A DNA stretch of 63,707 nucleotides, the filler included, from Octopus bimaculoides (Eukaryota): assembly GCF_001194135.2 (NCBI RefSeq). It is 4 parts of 4 records of this genome, joined end to end, with 100 filler letters (N's around TTAATTAATTAA, not from the genome) between each part and the next. Parts side by side here need not be neighbours in the genome. Positions count along the whole stretch, not along the records: positions 1 to 30,737 come from NC_068986.1; 3 more parts are not named here. One strand, 5' to 3'. Both the position numbers and the translations under genes were made by a program. Positions 12,501 to 25,498 of the stretch are shown one piece after another. The notes beneath the pieces are model-generated. The model saw only the letters and a program-made list of their open reading frames with translations, did not search any database and was not told the origin of the DNA. Position 1 is the first letter of the stretch. Each line of letters begins with the position of its first letter.

Positions 12501-14034
12501 ACCGCGTATTGTGATGAACTATATCTATTAGCATTATGATGGATCTCCGAGCTCCCAGAATCACCTATTGAACTTATATCATGTTTCTCTCTCCATCTAA
12601 TTTTCTTTGACGCTTGTACTCTATGTAAGGTGGATCTATTAATATAAATATTTATATATTTATACATAACTATCCATAGTCTGACGGTTTCCAGCTTTTG
12701 CTTTCTCTCGCTTTGAGTGTATATATATATATATACATATTGTGTAATTAATGCCCAAATTGCTATATTTAATATATCTAATTTGTTTATCCGCATAATT
12801 GCCTCCATATCTGTTCAACTTGGTCCCTCTAATAGCCATTCTTTAACCTGTGGAATTGATCCCCTGTCTTTACAGAGGTTCAAACTTAGACATCGGAGTC
12901 TAAATTTGAACCTCTTGAGCACTTCTCAGTGTGTTCAGTACAGAGAATCTTTAGATCCCATCTAATAAATATATGTGTGTGTGTGTTTGTGGATGCGTGC
13001 GTTCATGTATGTGCGTGCGCAGGTGGGCGTGTGCGTGCTTATACAGAGATGTGATGCAGTGATTCAGAGAATGAGAAAGAAAACAGAAAAGTTAGAAAAT
13101 GAGAAATAATGTTTGCATTGATGGATATTTATGGAGGGAGATAGTTTCTTCTTTATAAATTTAGTACCTTCGCATATATATANNNNNNNNNNNNNNNNNN
13201 NNNNNNNNNNNNNNNNNNNNNNNNNNNNNNNNNNNNNNNNNNNNNNNNNNNNNNNNNNNNNNNNNNNNNNNNNNNNNNNNNNNNNNNNNNNNNNNNNNNN
13301 NNNNNNNNNNNNNNNNNNNNNNNNNNNNNNNNNNNNNNNNNNNNNNNNNNNNNNNNNNNNNNNNNNNNNNNNNNNNNNNNNNNNNNNNNNNNNNNNNNNN
13401 NNNNNNNNNNNNNNNNNNNNNNNNNNNNNNNNNNNNNNNNNNNNNNNNNNNNNNNNNNNNNNNNNNNNNNNNNNNNNNNNNNNNNNNNNNNNNNNNNNNN
13501 NNNNNNNNNNNNNNNNNNNNNNNNNNNNNNNNNNNNNNNNNNNNNNNNNNNNNNNNNNNNNNNNNNNNNNNNNNNNNNNNNNNNNNNNNNNNNNNNNNNN
13601 NNNNNNNNNNNNNNNNNNNNNNNNNNNNNNNNNNNNNNNNNNNNNNNNNNNNNNNNNNNNNNNNNNNNNNNNNNNNNNNNNNNNNNNNNNNNNNNNNNNN
13701 NNNNNNNNNNNNNNNNNNNNNNNNNNNNNNNNNNNNNNNNNNNNNNNNNNNNNNNNNNNNNNNNNNNNNNNNNNNNNNNNNNNNNNNNNNNNNNNNNNNN
13801 NNNNTATATAGATCTTCCTATCCCTGCAATATTGGGAAGCCAAAATATAATTGAATACTGAGTGAGATAAGAAACTGATTTACGTGACTTTGTGTTTCTT
13901 GAGAGATTTATGTGGCAAAAATAAAGAGCAGCTAATGACTAAATGTGTATATTAGAGTTTTGTTTCTCTAAATTAGGTTGCAGAGCGCGTTATGTTTGTG
14001 CGAATCTGTTGTGCGTATATGCTCGCGTGTATAC

Positions 14035-14083
<49 letters not shown>

Positions 14084-14175
14084 TGTACGTATGTATACAC
14101 GTGTATGGATATATATATATATATATACATATATATATGTAATAATATATCTACACATTATGNNNNNNNNNNNNN

Positions 14176-14229
<54 letters not shown>

Positions 14230-14446
14230 TGTACGTATGTATACACGTGTATGGATATATATATATATATATACATATATATATGTAATAATATATCTAC
14301 ACATTATGCATGTATAATATATGTGCGTGCTCACACGGAAATTTGCATGTATTTTTGACTTAGATCAAAATGTTGTGAATGTGGTTGTTTTTGTAGATAT
14401 GGTTGGTGTCTGTGTGTACGTTTGTGTATGTGTGTATCTATGATTC

Positions 14447-14488
<42 letters not shown>

Positions 14489-15359
14489 GTATGCATAAAA
14501 GCTAAGCTGGTGATGGCGATAATGAAGAAACAGCGAAATATGATAAGACGAGATAAATATTTATTTATTTGCATTTCTTGTTACACGATATCTAGTAATG
14601 AATAAATTTTGAAGGCCCATACAAACACTAACAGAAGTTAGATAAAGAAAACGTGATATTAGCTTCATATAGAACTCTCCTTGCTATTCATATAGAACTC
14701 TCCTTGCCATATATTTCTTTCGGTCTATTGCGGAGGTAACGTTTTTGTTACGCTAGAAGATCGAATAGAGATGAGATCCTCCTCCTGGGGAAATGGAAAG
14801 AAGGCAAATTAAATACTAGGTTTGATGCAACCGACTGGCTTTGTCCCAGAAACTGCGTTGCTTTTTGTCTTCCAAGGACTCGCTGATATGCAATAAAGTC
14901 CCAAAAGTTTTAAATTAGGGATCATGAAATTGATAGCAAAAGATGAATGAAATAATAACGTAACGTGTATATAGGATTGGTCTATCCAGGAACACGTGAG
15001 GGTCTCCGTTGGTAAGTATCAAATTACTTTGTCGAGGTCGCTTGTCCATAAAACAGTTTTGCATTGATTAACCCATAAGCCTTGGACAGGAGGCCTCAGA
15101 GTTTTTATACTTTGTCAAATGGTAGTCCGTGTGTGGTCCAAAACGGGTTATTTTTATATTTACAGCAAACGCATATGACTGGAATCCTTTCCTGGTTCGA
15201 CACTTTCGATGATATTACAGTGACTAATAGATGAACGCAAGGCTTGATGCTGTTTACCCCGTCAACCTGCGCTCTGCTTTGATTGTCTTGAGGGGAAAAA
15301 AAGATCATCCGATTCAAACAGAGTGTTTTGCAATTATTTTACAACTACTGATGACACAC

Positions 15360-15610
15360 GAGAGTGAGAGAAAGGGTGAGGGATGGAGGGAGAGAGGGTG
15401 AGAGAAAGAAAGAGAAAGAGACAGAGAAAGAAAGAAAGAGTGAGAAAGAAAAAGAAAGAGAAAGATAAAGAGAGGAGAGATAGGAAAAGGAAGAAAGAGA
15501 AAGAGAAATAGAAAGAAAGAGAAAGAGAGAGGAAAGGGAGAAGGGGAGAAATTAGAGGGAGAGAGAGAAAGGGAGACAGAGACACATAGAGAGACAGAGC
15601 GAGAGAGAGC

Positions 15611-15686
<76 letters not shown>
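15360..15686. repeat. Purine-rich (GA)n/(GAAA)n tract
   Basis: Direct inspection. Confidence 0.95.
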
Positions 15687-15690
<4 letters not shown>

Positions 15691-16719
15691 AAGAGAGTTA
15701 CGAAGAGTGCTTATTTTTGTTGGACATTTTGGGAGAGCTAAGCATGAGCACATTTGAGATACATTTCTACCAGCGCACCAATATGAATATTAAGGGATCG
15801 ACAACAGTTGCTACTGAGATGAACGCCCGAAGGCTGTGCTTGATTGTGAAGCGTGAAGTGACTTAAGCGAGAAAATCAAATAAAATAGACCAGATAAGAA
15901 TATGGACCAACATAAAAGCAGAGATCAAGCGAGTGTGCACGATTTCATTTAACAATAATCCCGGTCTTAGTAAGTGTAACGAGTATGGTTCGATGTAAAC
16001 GATGTAATAATAGAGCAGAACAAAACGGGAGAACTTAATCCTTTAGCGCCGCATGGACGCTTTAAAGGTTGCGATTTCGTTTGACTGTAAACTCTAGAAG
16101 ACGCAAAAGCGGGGGCCACTCTTAATGTTTCCGGTAGCAAATAACGAGCAGTAAACATAAAACCTTGTCACCTCGCGCTTTTGCATCTTCCAAGAGTACA
16201 TACATTCAAAAGAAATTGTACTCGCTAAAGTGTACTTGCAGTTTCAAAGCGTTAAGAATACCCACTTCGTAGCACACCATTTGTTATTAAGCATTATTTA
16301 TTGCATGTGTGGGTCCTGCATTCCTCATCGTTTCTATCGAACTGTATACGTTACTCACACTAAGATTTCTCTCCCCAAAACTTTAGCCTTTTATCTTTGG
16401 TGTACTCCGTGAACCTATTTAGAGCAGTAATAAATTCATTAATACCATCACTGATTACATCCACGGGTAGGCACTTTTCACTCGGCTTTAAAATGGTGTC
16501 ATCTATACGAAAGCTAGGCACTGTAGTTAAGCATCTTTAGCTTTAACGATTTCGGAAACATCCATCAATGTGGGTATGACAATCCTTTCCCTTGTAAATT
16601 CAATGAGAAATAAATACAACACATATCAAGGGAATAATCTTTTATTATAAACTTGCATTAACAAGTGAAGGAAGTCTTTGAATATTGACTCAAAAGTTGT
16701 TTCCCATCTCAACAGTAAT

Positions 16720-17290
16720 CATTCCTGGTAAATATTTACAGTGAAATGGAATCGAGGTTTCAGTGCGTTGCTTCTTTACCAATGCTTAATGTGGCCTCCT
16801 TCACCAACTTCATATACGAATGATCATTTTCGACACAAGCCAACAAGAGATTCTGTACGCCATCGCCCGGCATGCTGTAAATAGCAACCAAACCTCCCTG
16901 TGTACACACCCAGCAGTTAAAAAGCTTGCACCACTACCGCTACCATAACTACGACAGCAGCAGGAACAACAACAACAACTCATCGATGCCATGTTGATGT
17001 GATTTACACAATCCATTCGTTTCACGATGCTCAATGGTTTAATTTTCTGATGCACTCCAATTCTTCCACCGCACACGGAGGAAGATGGATCAACATCTCT
17101 CTGGATAAGTTGCCAATCACTTGTATGGAGCATTTCCCAAAGAAACAATTTGAAATCAATATTGCGATCTGAAGAATTGTTCAATGTATTTCCTAGTGAT
17201 ATTACTGCTACTGCCATTAGCCATTCCTCTCCATAGCAATTTGCCACTGGACAAGTGAATCGGCCCACAATGTCATACATTGCAGATGTA
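16720..17290 (-). pseudogene. Unassigned 156-codon ORF region, possibly a very degenerate Penelope-like RT
   Basis: The ORF 16810-17280 is largely non-repetitive. A shifted frame reads LCRK*SFVYEVGEGGHIKHW*RSNALKPRFHFTV, weakly resembling the PLE motif RYVDDxF...LN..HP.I.FT. Confidence 0.3.
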
Positions 17291-17339
17291 TGAACTGTTG
17301 ATGTCCCGTTCCCTGTTAAACCGGCTGTCTGCTCTGTCT

Positions 17340-17710
17340 CTTACTTGTTTCAGTCACTGGGCTATGGCCATGCCACCGTATCACCTTGAAACATTTTTTC
17401 GAACGAATCGACCTCCAGCACTTAAGTATGGTACTTATCCCATCAGTTTGTTTTGCTGAACCACTAAGTTACGGCGACGTAAACAAATCAACATCCGATG
17501 TCAAGTGGTGGGAAAGAACACGCACAAAACACACATATACACATACACGTATATGACGGGCTTCTTTCAGTTTCCATCCAGAAAATCCAGTCTCAAGGCT
17601 TTACTGAGCTCGTGCCTATAGTCGAAGATACTTGCCCAAGGTGCCATGCAATAAGAGTCAACCTAGGATCATGTGTTTTGGAAGCAAAACTCCATACAAC
17701 ACAGCCACGC
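17340..17710 (-). mobile_element. Octopus tRNA-derived SINE (family A, composite with internal (CA)n)
   Basis: Shares diagnostic blocks (ctttcagtttcc, gaagatacttgcccaaggtgcc, acttgtttcagtc) with many copies in the window. Confidence 0.85.
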
Positions 17711-18254
17711 CTACGCTCAACATTCATTTTAACAAGTTGCTGGTTAACAAAAGATATAGCATGTTAATGGAGCAATGGCGAGTGTGAGACAGTTAACATT
17801 ATGGCTACATATTTCAATAAACAAAAGCTTTCAATTCAGATGTATTTCGTGACCAACTAACATTTAAAAAAAAAAAAAAGGAAAAAGACTTTTGTTACTT
17901 TCTTACTATTCTATTTCAAATACAAAGTTAATTTATAAAACTTCAAACCAACAGACAATAGCAAGAGAGGAATGGAACGGAGGATAATGTGCGATGTGTA
18001 GTCGTCGCAGAAAGTAAAAGAACAAAATAAAAATCCGGAGATATAGAAAATCACAGCAGAGCATGTCACTACAACATAAAACTCGGAAGATTGCCATTAC
18101 AGTAGATGAATGCGGACTCTTGCATGAATATTCTTCTGTAATTTGAACAGTAAAAAGGCATGTCAAATAGCCATAAAACTAGGACTGACAGAAAATTTAA
18201 ATCTGCACAACCATCTAGTAGTAATATTATCACTTAACTTTGCGTTCGTTTTTA

Positions 18255-18390
18255 TGGTGGTGGTGGTGGTGATGGGAGTGGTGATGGTGGTGGTAATGGT
18301 GGTGGCGGTAGTTGTGTTAATGGTGGAGATGGTAGTGCTGGTGGTGGTGGTGGTGGTGGTGGTGGTGTTGATGATGTCGCTGGTGGAGAT
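18255..18390. repeat. (GGT)n-derived low-complexity tract
   Basis: Direct inspection; it gives a poly-Val ORF artefact. Confidence 0.9.
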
Positions 18391-20159
18391 GGAGGAGAGA
18401 TTAGATATATTACAATTCAGAATAACTCGGAAGAAGCGCTGTTAATAAAATATGCGATATGAACATTTGAATCAGAAGCGTGCTTTTGCTGTTAACTTTT
18501 CATCGTGTTACTATGTGATTCAGTAAAAAGCTGTTCGGAAGAAACGATTGAAGTTATTGAACGTGAGATTATAGAGATAGTATGAGTAACATTAGGACGG
18601 CGGGGTGGAGCGGGCAAAATTTTATACTCTTGACCTAATTTTGTTTTTGATCTATAGATATATCACTGGCATTTTAATTGGCATCGTGTCGGACAAGGTC
18701 AGTTATGCTAAATCTCGCCATTTTCTAACAACATTTCGATCGATTCTGTGAAATTTAATAAGCAATCCTTTTAAATACTCGAATTGGCAAAGCTATCTCG
18801 CTCCTTGCAAGTAATTACTTCAAGTCAACAAGAAGTCGAGAACTGAAGAACAAGATTCTCTCATAAACAAAGATGTTGATATTTTGTGAACATCAAACAG
18901 ACAAACGGCGCAGAGAAGAGAGAGGTGGAGGGGAGAGAGAGAGAGAGAGGGAGAGAGAGAGAGAGAGAGAGGAAGAGAGAGAGAGAGGAAGAGAGAGAGA
19001 GAGAGAGAGACGGAGAGAGAGAACTATTGCTGTCGTTGTTGCTATTTTGCTTTATAACTCCGGTTAGCTTTGGGCAAGTGATTTTATAATTAAAGACGCT
19101 CGAACCATGACCAACCTGCTGNNNNNNNNNNNNNNNNNNNNNNNNNNNNNNNNNNNNNNNNNNNNNNNNNNNNNNNNNNNNNNNNNNNNNNNNNNNNNNN
19201 NNNNNNNNNNNNNNNNNNNNNNNNNNNNNNNNNNNNNNNNNNNNNNNNNNNNNNNNNNNNNNNNNNNNNNNNNNNNNNNNNNNNNNNNNNNNNNNNNNNN
19301 NNNNNNNNNNNNNNNNNNNNNNNNNNNNNNNNNNNNNNNNNNNNNNNNNNNNNNNNNNNNNNNNNNNNNNNNNNNNNNNNNNNNNNNNNNNNNNNNNNNN
19401 NNNNNNNNNNNNNNNNNNNNNNNNNNNNNNNNNNNNNNNNNNNNNNNNNNNNNNNNNNNNNNNNNNNNNNNNNNNNNNNNNNNNNNNNNNNNNNNNNNNN
19501 NNNNNNNNNNNNNNNNNNNNNNNNNNNNNNNNNNNNNNNNNNNNNNNNNNNNNNNNNNNNNNNNNNNNNNNNNNNNNNNNNNNNNNNNNNNNNNNNNNNN
19601 NNNNNNNNNNNNNNNNNNNNNNNNNNNNNNNNNNNNNNNNNNNNNNNNNNNNNNNNNNNNNNNNNNNNNNNNNNNNNNNNNNNNNNNNNNNNNNNNNNNN
19701 NNNNNNNNNNNNNNNNNNNNNNNNNNNNNNNNNNNNNNNNNNNNNNNNNNNNNNNNNNNNNNNNNNNNNNNNNNNNNNNNNNNNNNNNNNNNNNNNNNNN
19801 NNNNNNNNNNNNNNNNNNNNNNNNNNNNNNNNNNNNNNNNNNNNNNNNNNNNNNNNNNNNNNNNNNNNNATATATATATATATATATATATACATTGTGT
19901 CCTTTCCCTTTGACGATGTAAGGTTGCAACGAGCAACTGACATAATCTGGGAACTGTGTCTTCCAAGTCAAATACCAAGTATCTACATGTCGAGTTGCAA
20001 GTGTTGTTGTTGTTGTTGTATTCGAGTAGGCCAATATCGAACTTGCTATTATATATTTGCAGGACAATATTATTTGATTTTTTAGTGGGGACTAAGTTGT
20101 AGGTTGAGGGAGATTTGGCTGCTATTCTCAGGTGATTTAGTGCCCACAGGGAAATTCAT

Positions 20160-21225
20160 TTTGTTGATGTTGCTTATCGTGTTGTTGGTGTTGTGATTGT
20201 TTTATATTGATAGCCGTCGGTATTACAAATGGAGTTACTGATTAATGATGGACGTAGTAGTGGTGGTGATGGTGGTGATGGTAGTCTTGGTGGTGGTGAT
20301 GGTGATGGTAGAGGAGACGATGGTGCTCTTCCTTTATGTATGATGAATGCTGGTGTTGACGCTGGTGTTGCTGTTGTTGTTTTAGGCATCATTGATGTTG
20401 TCGATAGTGATGATGTGACTATTGTTGTTGTTTGTTTTTTGAGATATTAGTGTTGTGTTGTTGCATGTGTTGGTATTGATGGTAATGTTGATGATGATGA
20501 TGGTAGATGTTGTGGTGTTGATGCAGTTGGCAGTATTTATATCGATGCTGTCATCTGTGGTGGTGGGCATGTCGGTACTTTTTTAACCGTAGATGGCGTT
20601 GGTGTTCCCTTAGTCCTTGTTGTTCTGTGAGTGTTGATATTAGTGCAAGTGGTGATGACGGCGCCGGCCTTTTACCGTTTCTGATAGTCTTCGTAACTGT
20701 ACATGTTTATTCCCTGGCTTGCTTTTTTACAAGTACACTTATGACCAAAGTCAATCCAAATATGCCCACCCTGTCTTTTCCCCATATGTTTGGAACTCAG
20801 CAGAACAGTGCCCAGTGTGTCCTTTACTAAGTGTGCGGTATTATATTTGAGAGAGGTTTGACTATTCTTTCTTGCTGGTCGTTTGTTCGCGCTGATGTTA
20901 ATGCTGTTCTTGGTGGCAATGACCTCGGTGTTGCTATTTGAACTGTTCTTGTCACCATTGGAGTTGTTTTTGTTGTCGTTGGTGTAGCGCTGTTGTTGTT
21001 GTTTTGTTGGTGGTGTTGTTGCTGGTGGTAGTGGTAGTGGTAGTGGTGGGATGGTGGTAGTTTTGTTATTAATGTTATGGCGGAGACAGTGAAAGCAAGC
21101 GATAAGATTAAAGAGATAGACTCTACTGATAACAGCTGTCAATGGTAAGAGACATCTGGAAGGAAACATCAGACGGAACGCCGACACTACTATTACTACT
21201 ACTACTACTACTACTACTACTACAA
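20160..21225. repeat. Degenerate trinucleotide (GGT/GTT/GAT) low-complexity region with an embedded unique segment (~20590-20940)
   Basis: Direct inspection; there are several overlapping low-complexity ORFs. Confidence 0.8.
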
Positions 21226-21380
21226 TTGTATCTACAAACCAATTCAACCAAGCACATTCAATCAAAGTGGGGCACGTGACCGTATGTTATACTTGACTTA
21301 CTCTGTCGATATACAAATTACAAGTGCACAGTTGCACACACACACAACACACACACACACACACACACACACACCCACCC

Positions 21381-21413
<33 letters not shown>

Positions 21414-21899
21414 TGGACACCTATGCTTGCACATACAAATACGCGCACACTCGCACACATTCACAAATTTACACCAACATCCATACACATACGTATACAT
21501 TTGCGAAAGTTATTTGAGGACGTATTTGCGAATTTAATAAAACAACTCTAACAAAACCAAAAGTATTTTAATAAATATTGTGGTAAATATTTTCGATAAG
21601 CTTTCTTAGAATTTTATTTTATGAATCCATCATCAAGGAAACTATCATAGGTAGATAGATAGGTAGATAGATAGTTAGATAAATAGGTAGATAGATAGAT
21701 AGATAGATAGACAGATAGATAGATAGATAGATAGGTAGATAGGTAGATAGGTAGATATATATATATATATAGATAGGTTACTATTTGTTTTGCCAATTAA
21801 TTTAGAATCCTTGAAGAGGACAAATAAAAGCAAAGCAACGCAGTTATTTTCAAAAATTGCTATGAAACACAAGATTCGGTCTTAATTACGTTGACTAAA

Positions 21900-22780
21900 T
21901 TCTCCAAAATCACAATGTTCATATCACAGTTACTTCCCTTGATTGTTGTTAGTGTATCTTAACACATCATTGAATGGAAGTTATTGCATTAATTGCTCGG
22001 GTAATCTCAAAAGCTCGAAGTTTTTGAATTCAAAATATATTACACTGTGGCATGCTACCATATCTCTTAGTAAACTTCACAGTTTTTCTGCAACAGTTTT
22101 CTCAGTTGGTCCATTAAAACAGAGTGATTATGATTTGAAAAAAATGTGGGATGTTTCGTAACATATTTCTGCCTGTCATTCTCTTAAGCATTGCAAACAA
22201 TGCAAGTTTGTTGTATTTGATAAAAATGAACAACAGAAATCTGACAGGAGTTGGTGGTCATACAGGCACGAGAAAAAATATAGGAATTGCATCACGTAAG
22301 TTGGATAATGATAGATATGTTTCCCTTCAACTACCTGTCCATCATATTTTCTTAGCTGAACACTCGTTATTTCTTTTCCATTTATGCTTCAATTTAATTA
22401 AGTCTAGGTCGGTACATCACTGAAGAAATCGACAAACCCTGAGAGTTTGTTAAATAAAATGCATCAACGTTTGGCATATTTTATCGTATCCGACTAACTA
22501 ATCTGTCAAAATAGTTTTTCTTTTTTATTCTTGTTTTTCCCCAGTTGCTGTTAGGTAGTGGAGCATAGCTGGAAATACAGTTTGGGGAGAGATTTCCTTG
22601 TCAAATATAGTTGATAAAAGTTTCTTTTATCTGTGGTCGATGTTCTCAAATGTTCTGAAATATTCTGCCCGGAAACAAAACACAAACAGAAATAAAACCT
22701 TCACTTGATGTATTGACAGCATTGTACTTCATGCAATGTGCATTTATGCTACAGATCTTTTGTCTGAAGATCACCCCCGA
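21900..22780 (+). mobile_element. Penelope-like element remnant (GIY-YIG endonuclease region)
   Basis: ORF 22151-22423 segment NNASLLYLIKMNNRNLTGVGGHTG...RYVSLQLPVHHI resembles the PLE pattern NxIYxIxCxxC..YIGETG...LPV..H. A CTGAAGA core remnant lies at ~22764. Confidence 0.45.
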
Positions 22781-23124
22781 CTGTCAATACAACACCCCTC
22801 TTTTTCGCTCACTCGCCGTTCTATTCTTTATGTCAATCTTTACTTTCTACTCAGGTTTTTGTTAGAAAATATATTATAATAACTGCTGGCGTTATCATTT
22901 AATATATTTTTAAGTAATGATCTACTGGTTTGATGAGATCAACTCAAGTATTGTTGGTGCCTTAACGAAATAAGGGCAAATGGTTATTTTTATTCTTATA
23001 GTTGTTGCTGTTCATCTTCGCCTGAACCCCTCTTATAACAAGGGTTATAAAGAAATTTTTAATCGGGCTTCAATGACTCTCCAGTGTTAAAGAGACAATA
23101 TTGTTAATGTGCAGTAAAAGAGGG

Positions 23125-23295
23125 TGAGCTGCTAGAATCGTAGAACATCGCAGGAAATCCTCGCCAGCACTTCTCCCAACTTTACGTTTTGACTTCGAAT
23201 TCCGTAGAGATCTACTTCCACTGTCGTTCTTTCGTGGTCGGTAAAATGAGTCCCAGTGTTGCACCGAAATTGATATATAATCGACTGGCCCTATT
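23125..23295 (+). mobile_element. tRNA-derived SINE (family C), diverged but CpG-rich
   Basis: Homologous to the copies at 27536-27749, 34360-34600 and 37340-37550. Confidence 0.7.
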
Positions 23296-23755
23296 CCTTG
23301 ACAATGTGCCAAATTTGAAGTCATTGTTAATGTAGTTATACCTTAACCGCTGAATTCTGTTACATTTGGCTTTTAAAAGGGTAAACTCGTATCACTTCAT
23401 TACCTGACGTTTTCCTTTAAATATGAACTAGAAAATTCTCTTCCATGGAACTTGTTAATGACCTAATTGACTTTACTGAATAGATTTTCTAACATGAAAA
23501 TAATCACTTATTTTGAATTTAGTTTCTCTTCCTTTTCCCCAAGTTTCTGATTATAAACTCTTTATTGGAAAATTTCACCAGTCTCTTTTATCACCAAACG
23601 AAACCAAACTAACTCAACCAGTTTTTCCCCTCACTAACAAGCAAGACCATTGTTCTAGTACCATAATATATATACATACATATATATATATATATATGTA
23701 AATATATATGTGTGTGTTTTTGTGTATGTATGCATGTATATATATATATACATAC

Positions 23756-23799
<44 letters not shown>

Positions 23800-25222
23800 G
23801 TATGTGTGTATGTATGTATGTATATGTATATAAAGAAGAAAACATGTACAGTTAGTCATTGCCAATATTTCACCAGGGGATAACCTTAATAAGTTTCATT
23901 TGAAAACGGCTGCCAATACGTTACAAATGTGTAACATTAGCAAGTCTGTTGCATGATTTGTTTGCAGACAGTGTAGTCAGTAAATACATTTTGGGACTCA
24001 GACTTAATAAAACAGTTTTCTAAAAGTGTAAATTATAGTGTTACATTGTTTCTGTCACATTCTAATGGTATTTGACGATTGATTGCTTTAGAGCTGCCTA
24101 GATCGATAGCAAGCAGGTGTTATCGATACAGTATGGTTTTAAGTAGCTCTAAACTAGTTACTTAAAGCTTTATGGATCTATTCTTCTCGGGTGTTATGAA
24201 TCAATTAAATGTGGGTGTTATCAATAGATTGCTTTATGTCGATAAGGGTCAATAGGTGTTTGGTTTTGTATTTTTAAATTTGCAATAGCTTGCAGCTCTA
24301 GGCAACGTTCAGCTGGATTAGTTTGAGTGGTGGCGTTATATTTCCCTGTTATATTTATACATTATCATATCCGAGATGCATTAATGGAACTAAGCTGTTA
24401 CTTTCAGAATAGCTGATTTTACAATTCGATGATAAAAGACTTGTATTAACCATGTATAATGATGTGGATTGATTTTGAAAAGACAATAAGAGAAAAGAAA
24501 ATAGAGAGAATGTACTCAAATACTGGTAAGAGAACGTGCTTACCTTAATTAATTATGACTTATAGATATTAAAGATATCGCTAGCTGAAATTTTCTCTAG
24601 TGCATCTCACGAACAAGAATATTCTAAGGCAGATTTTAGATTTGATGAAACGAAGAGTAAAGTATAATATTCAGAAAGCTTTTTACATGGAAAAAGCAGA
24701 AAAGCACGATAAATGGACTGAAATAGTTACGTTAACATACGTTCAAGATAAAAATCATGCTGGAGGCAACAATCATTTTTATCCAAGCGAGATTTAAACG
24801 TCAATTACTAGCTACATACAACATGCTATATCCAATGTATGTGGTGCCCAGTAAGAGTAGAGATTTGAAAATTTACATACGACCATGTTACTGTTAATTA
24901 AATATCTGAAAACAAAGGGTAACATAACGTCAGAAAGCAAGAATTAAATTTCTTCTGAGATAAGCCGGTATTCTTGAATATATGGTTGCAATAATTAGTC
25001 TAATCTCATTTCCTAAAAAAGTCATCAACGTTAACGGCCTGATGGCATCGAATATTCATTTTATTTATCGTAGGTGGATATCGCATATATTTACCTATAC
25101 ACAGGTAATATAATGCAATTTAATGTAATATATGCGTGTGCAGGATATATATATATATACATGCATACATACATATACACAGACATAAATACTCCAGCCC
25201 GTATCTATCTATCTATCTATCC

Positions 25223-25285
<63 letters not shown>

Positions 25286-25290
25286 AGCAC

Positions 25291-25498
25291 AAGAAATACT
25301 GGTGGGACATTCCCATCAAAACATCAGTCAAGTTTCAACATAACAGACCGGATATTGTTGCTTGGGAGAGACAAGGAAATGTATGTATCTTCATAGGGAT
25401 CAGCTGTCTTGCTGATGTGAATATCGCTTTGAAGATCAAAGAGAAAAAAAGTTAACTATGGACAGCTGCTTCGAAACCTTCAGCTTCTGTATCCAGAC
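25291..25498 (+). mobile_element. Non-LTR retrotransposon fragment with restriction-like endonuclease (R4/NeSL-type REL domain)
   Basis: Translates as KKYWWDIPIKTSVKFQHNRPDIVAWERQGNVCIFIGISCLADVNIALKIKEK, then after a +1 shift in an A-run, NYGQLLRNLQLLYPD. This fits the RPD...EK..Y pattern of REL domains. Confidence 0.75.

Noticed and set aside
14020-14310. Apparent ~140-bp tandem duplication
   Set aside because: The two copies flank a short N gap, which is typical of overlapping contig ends.
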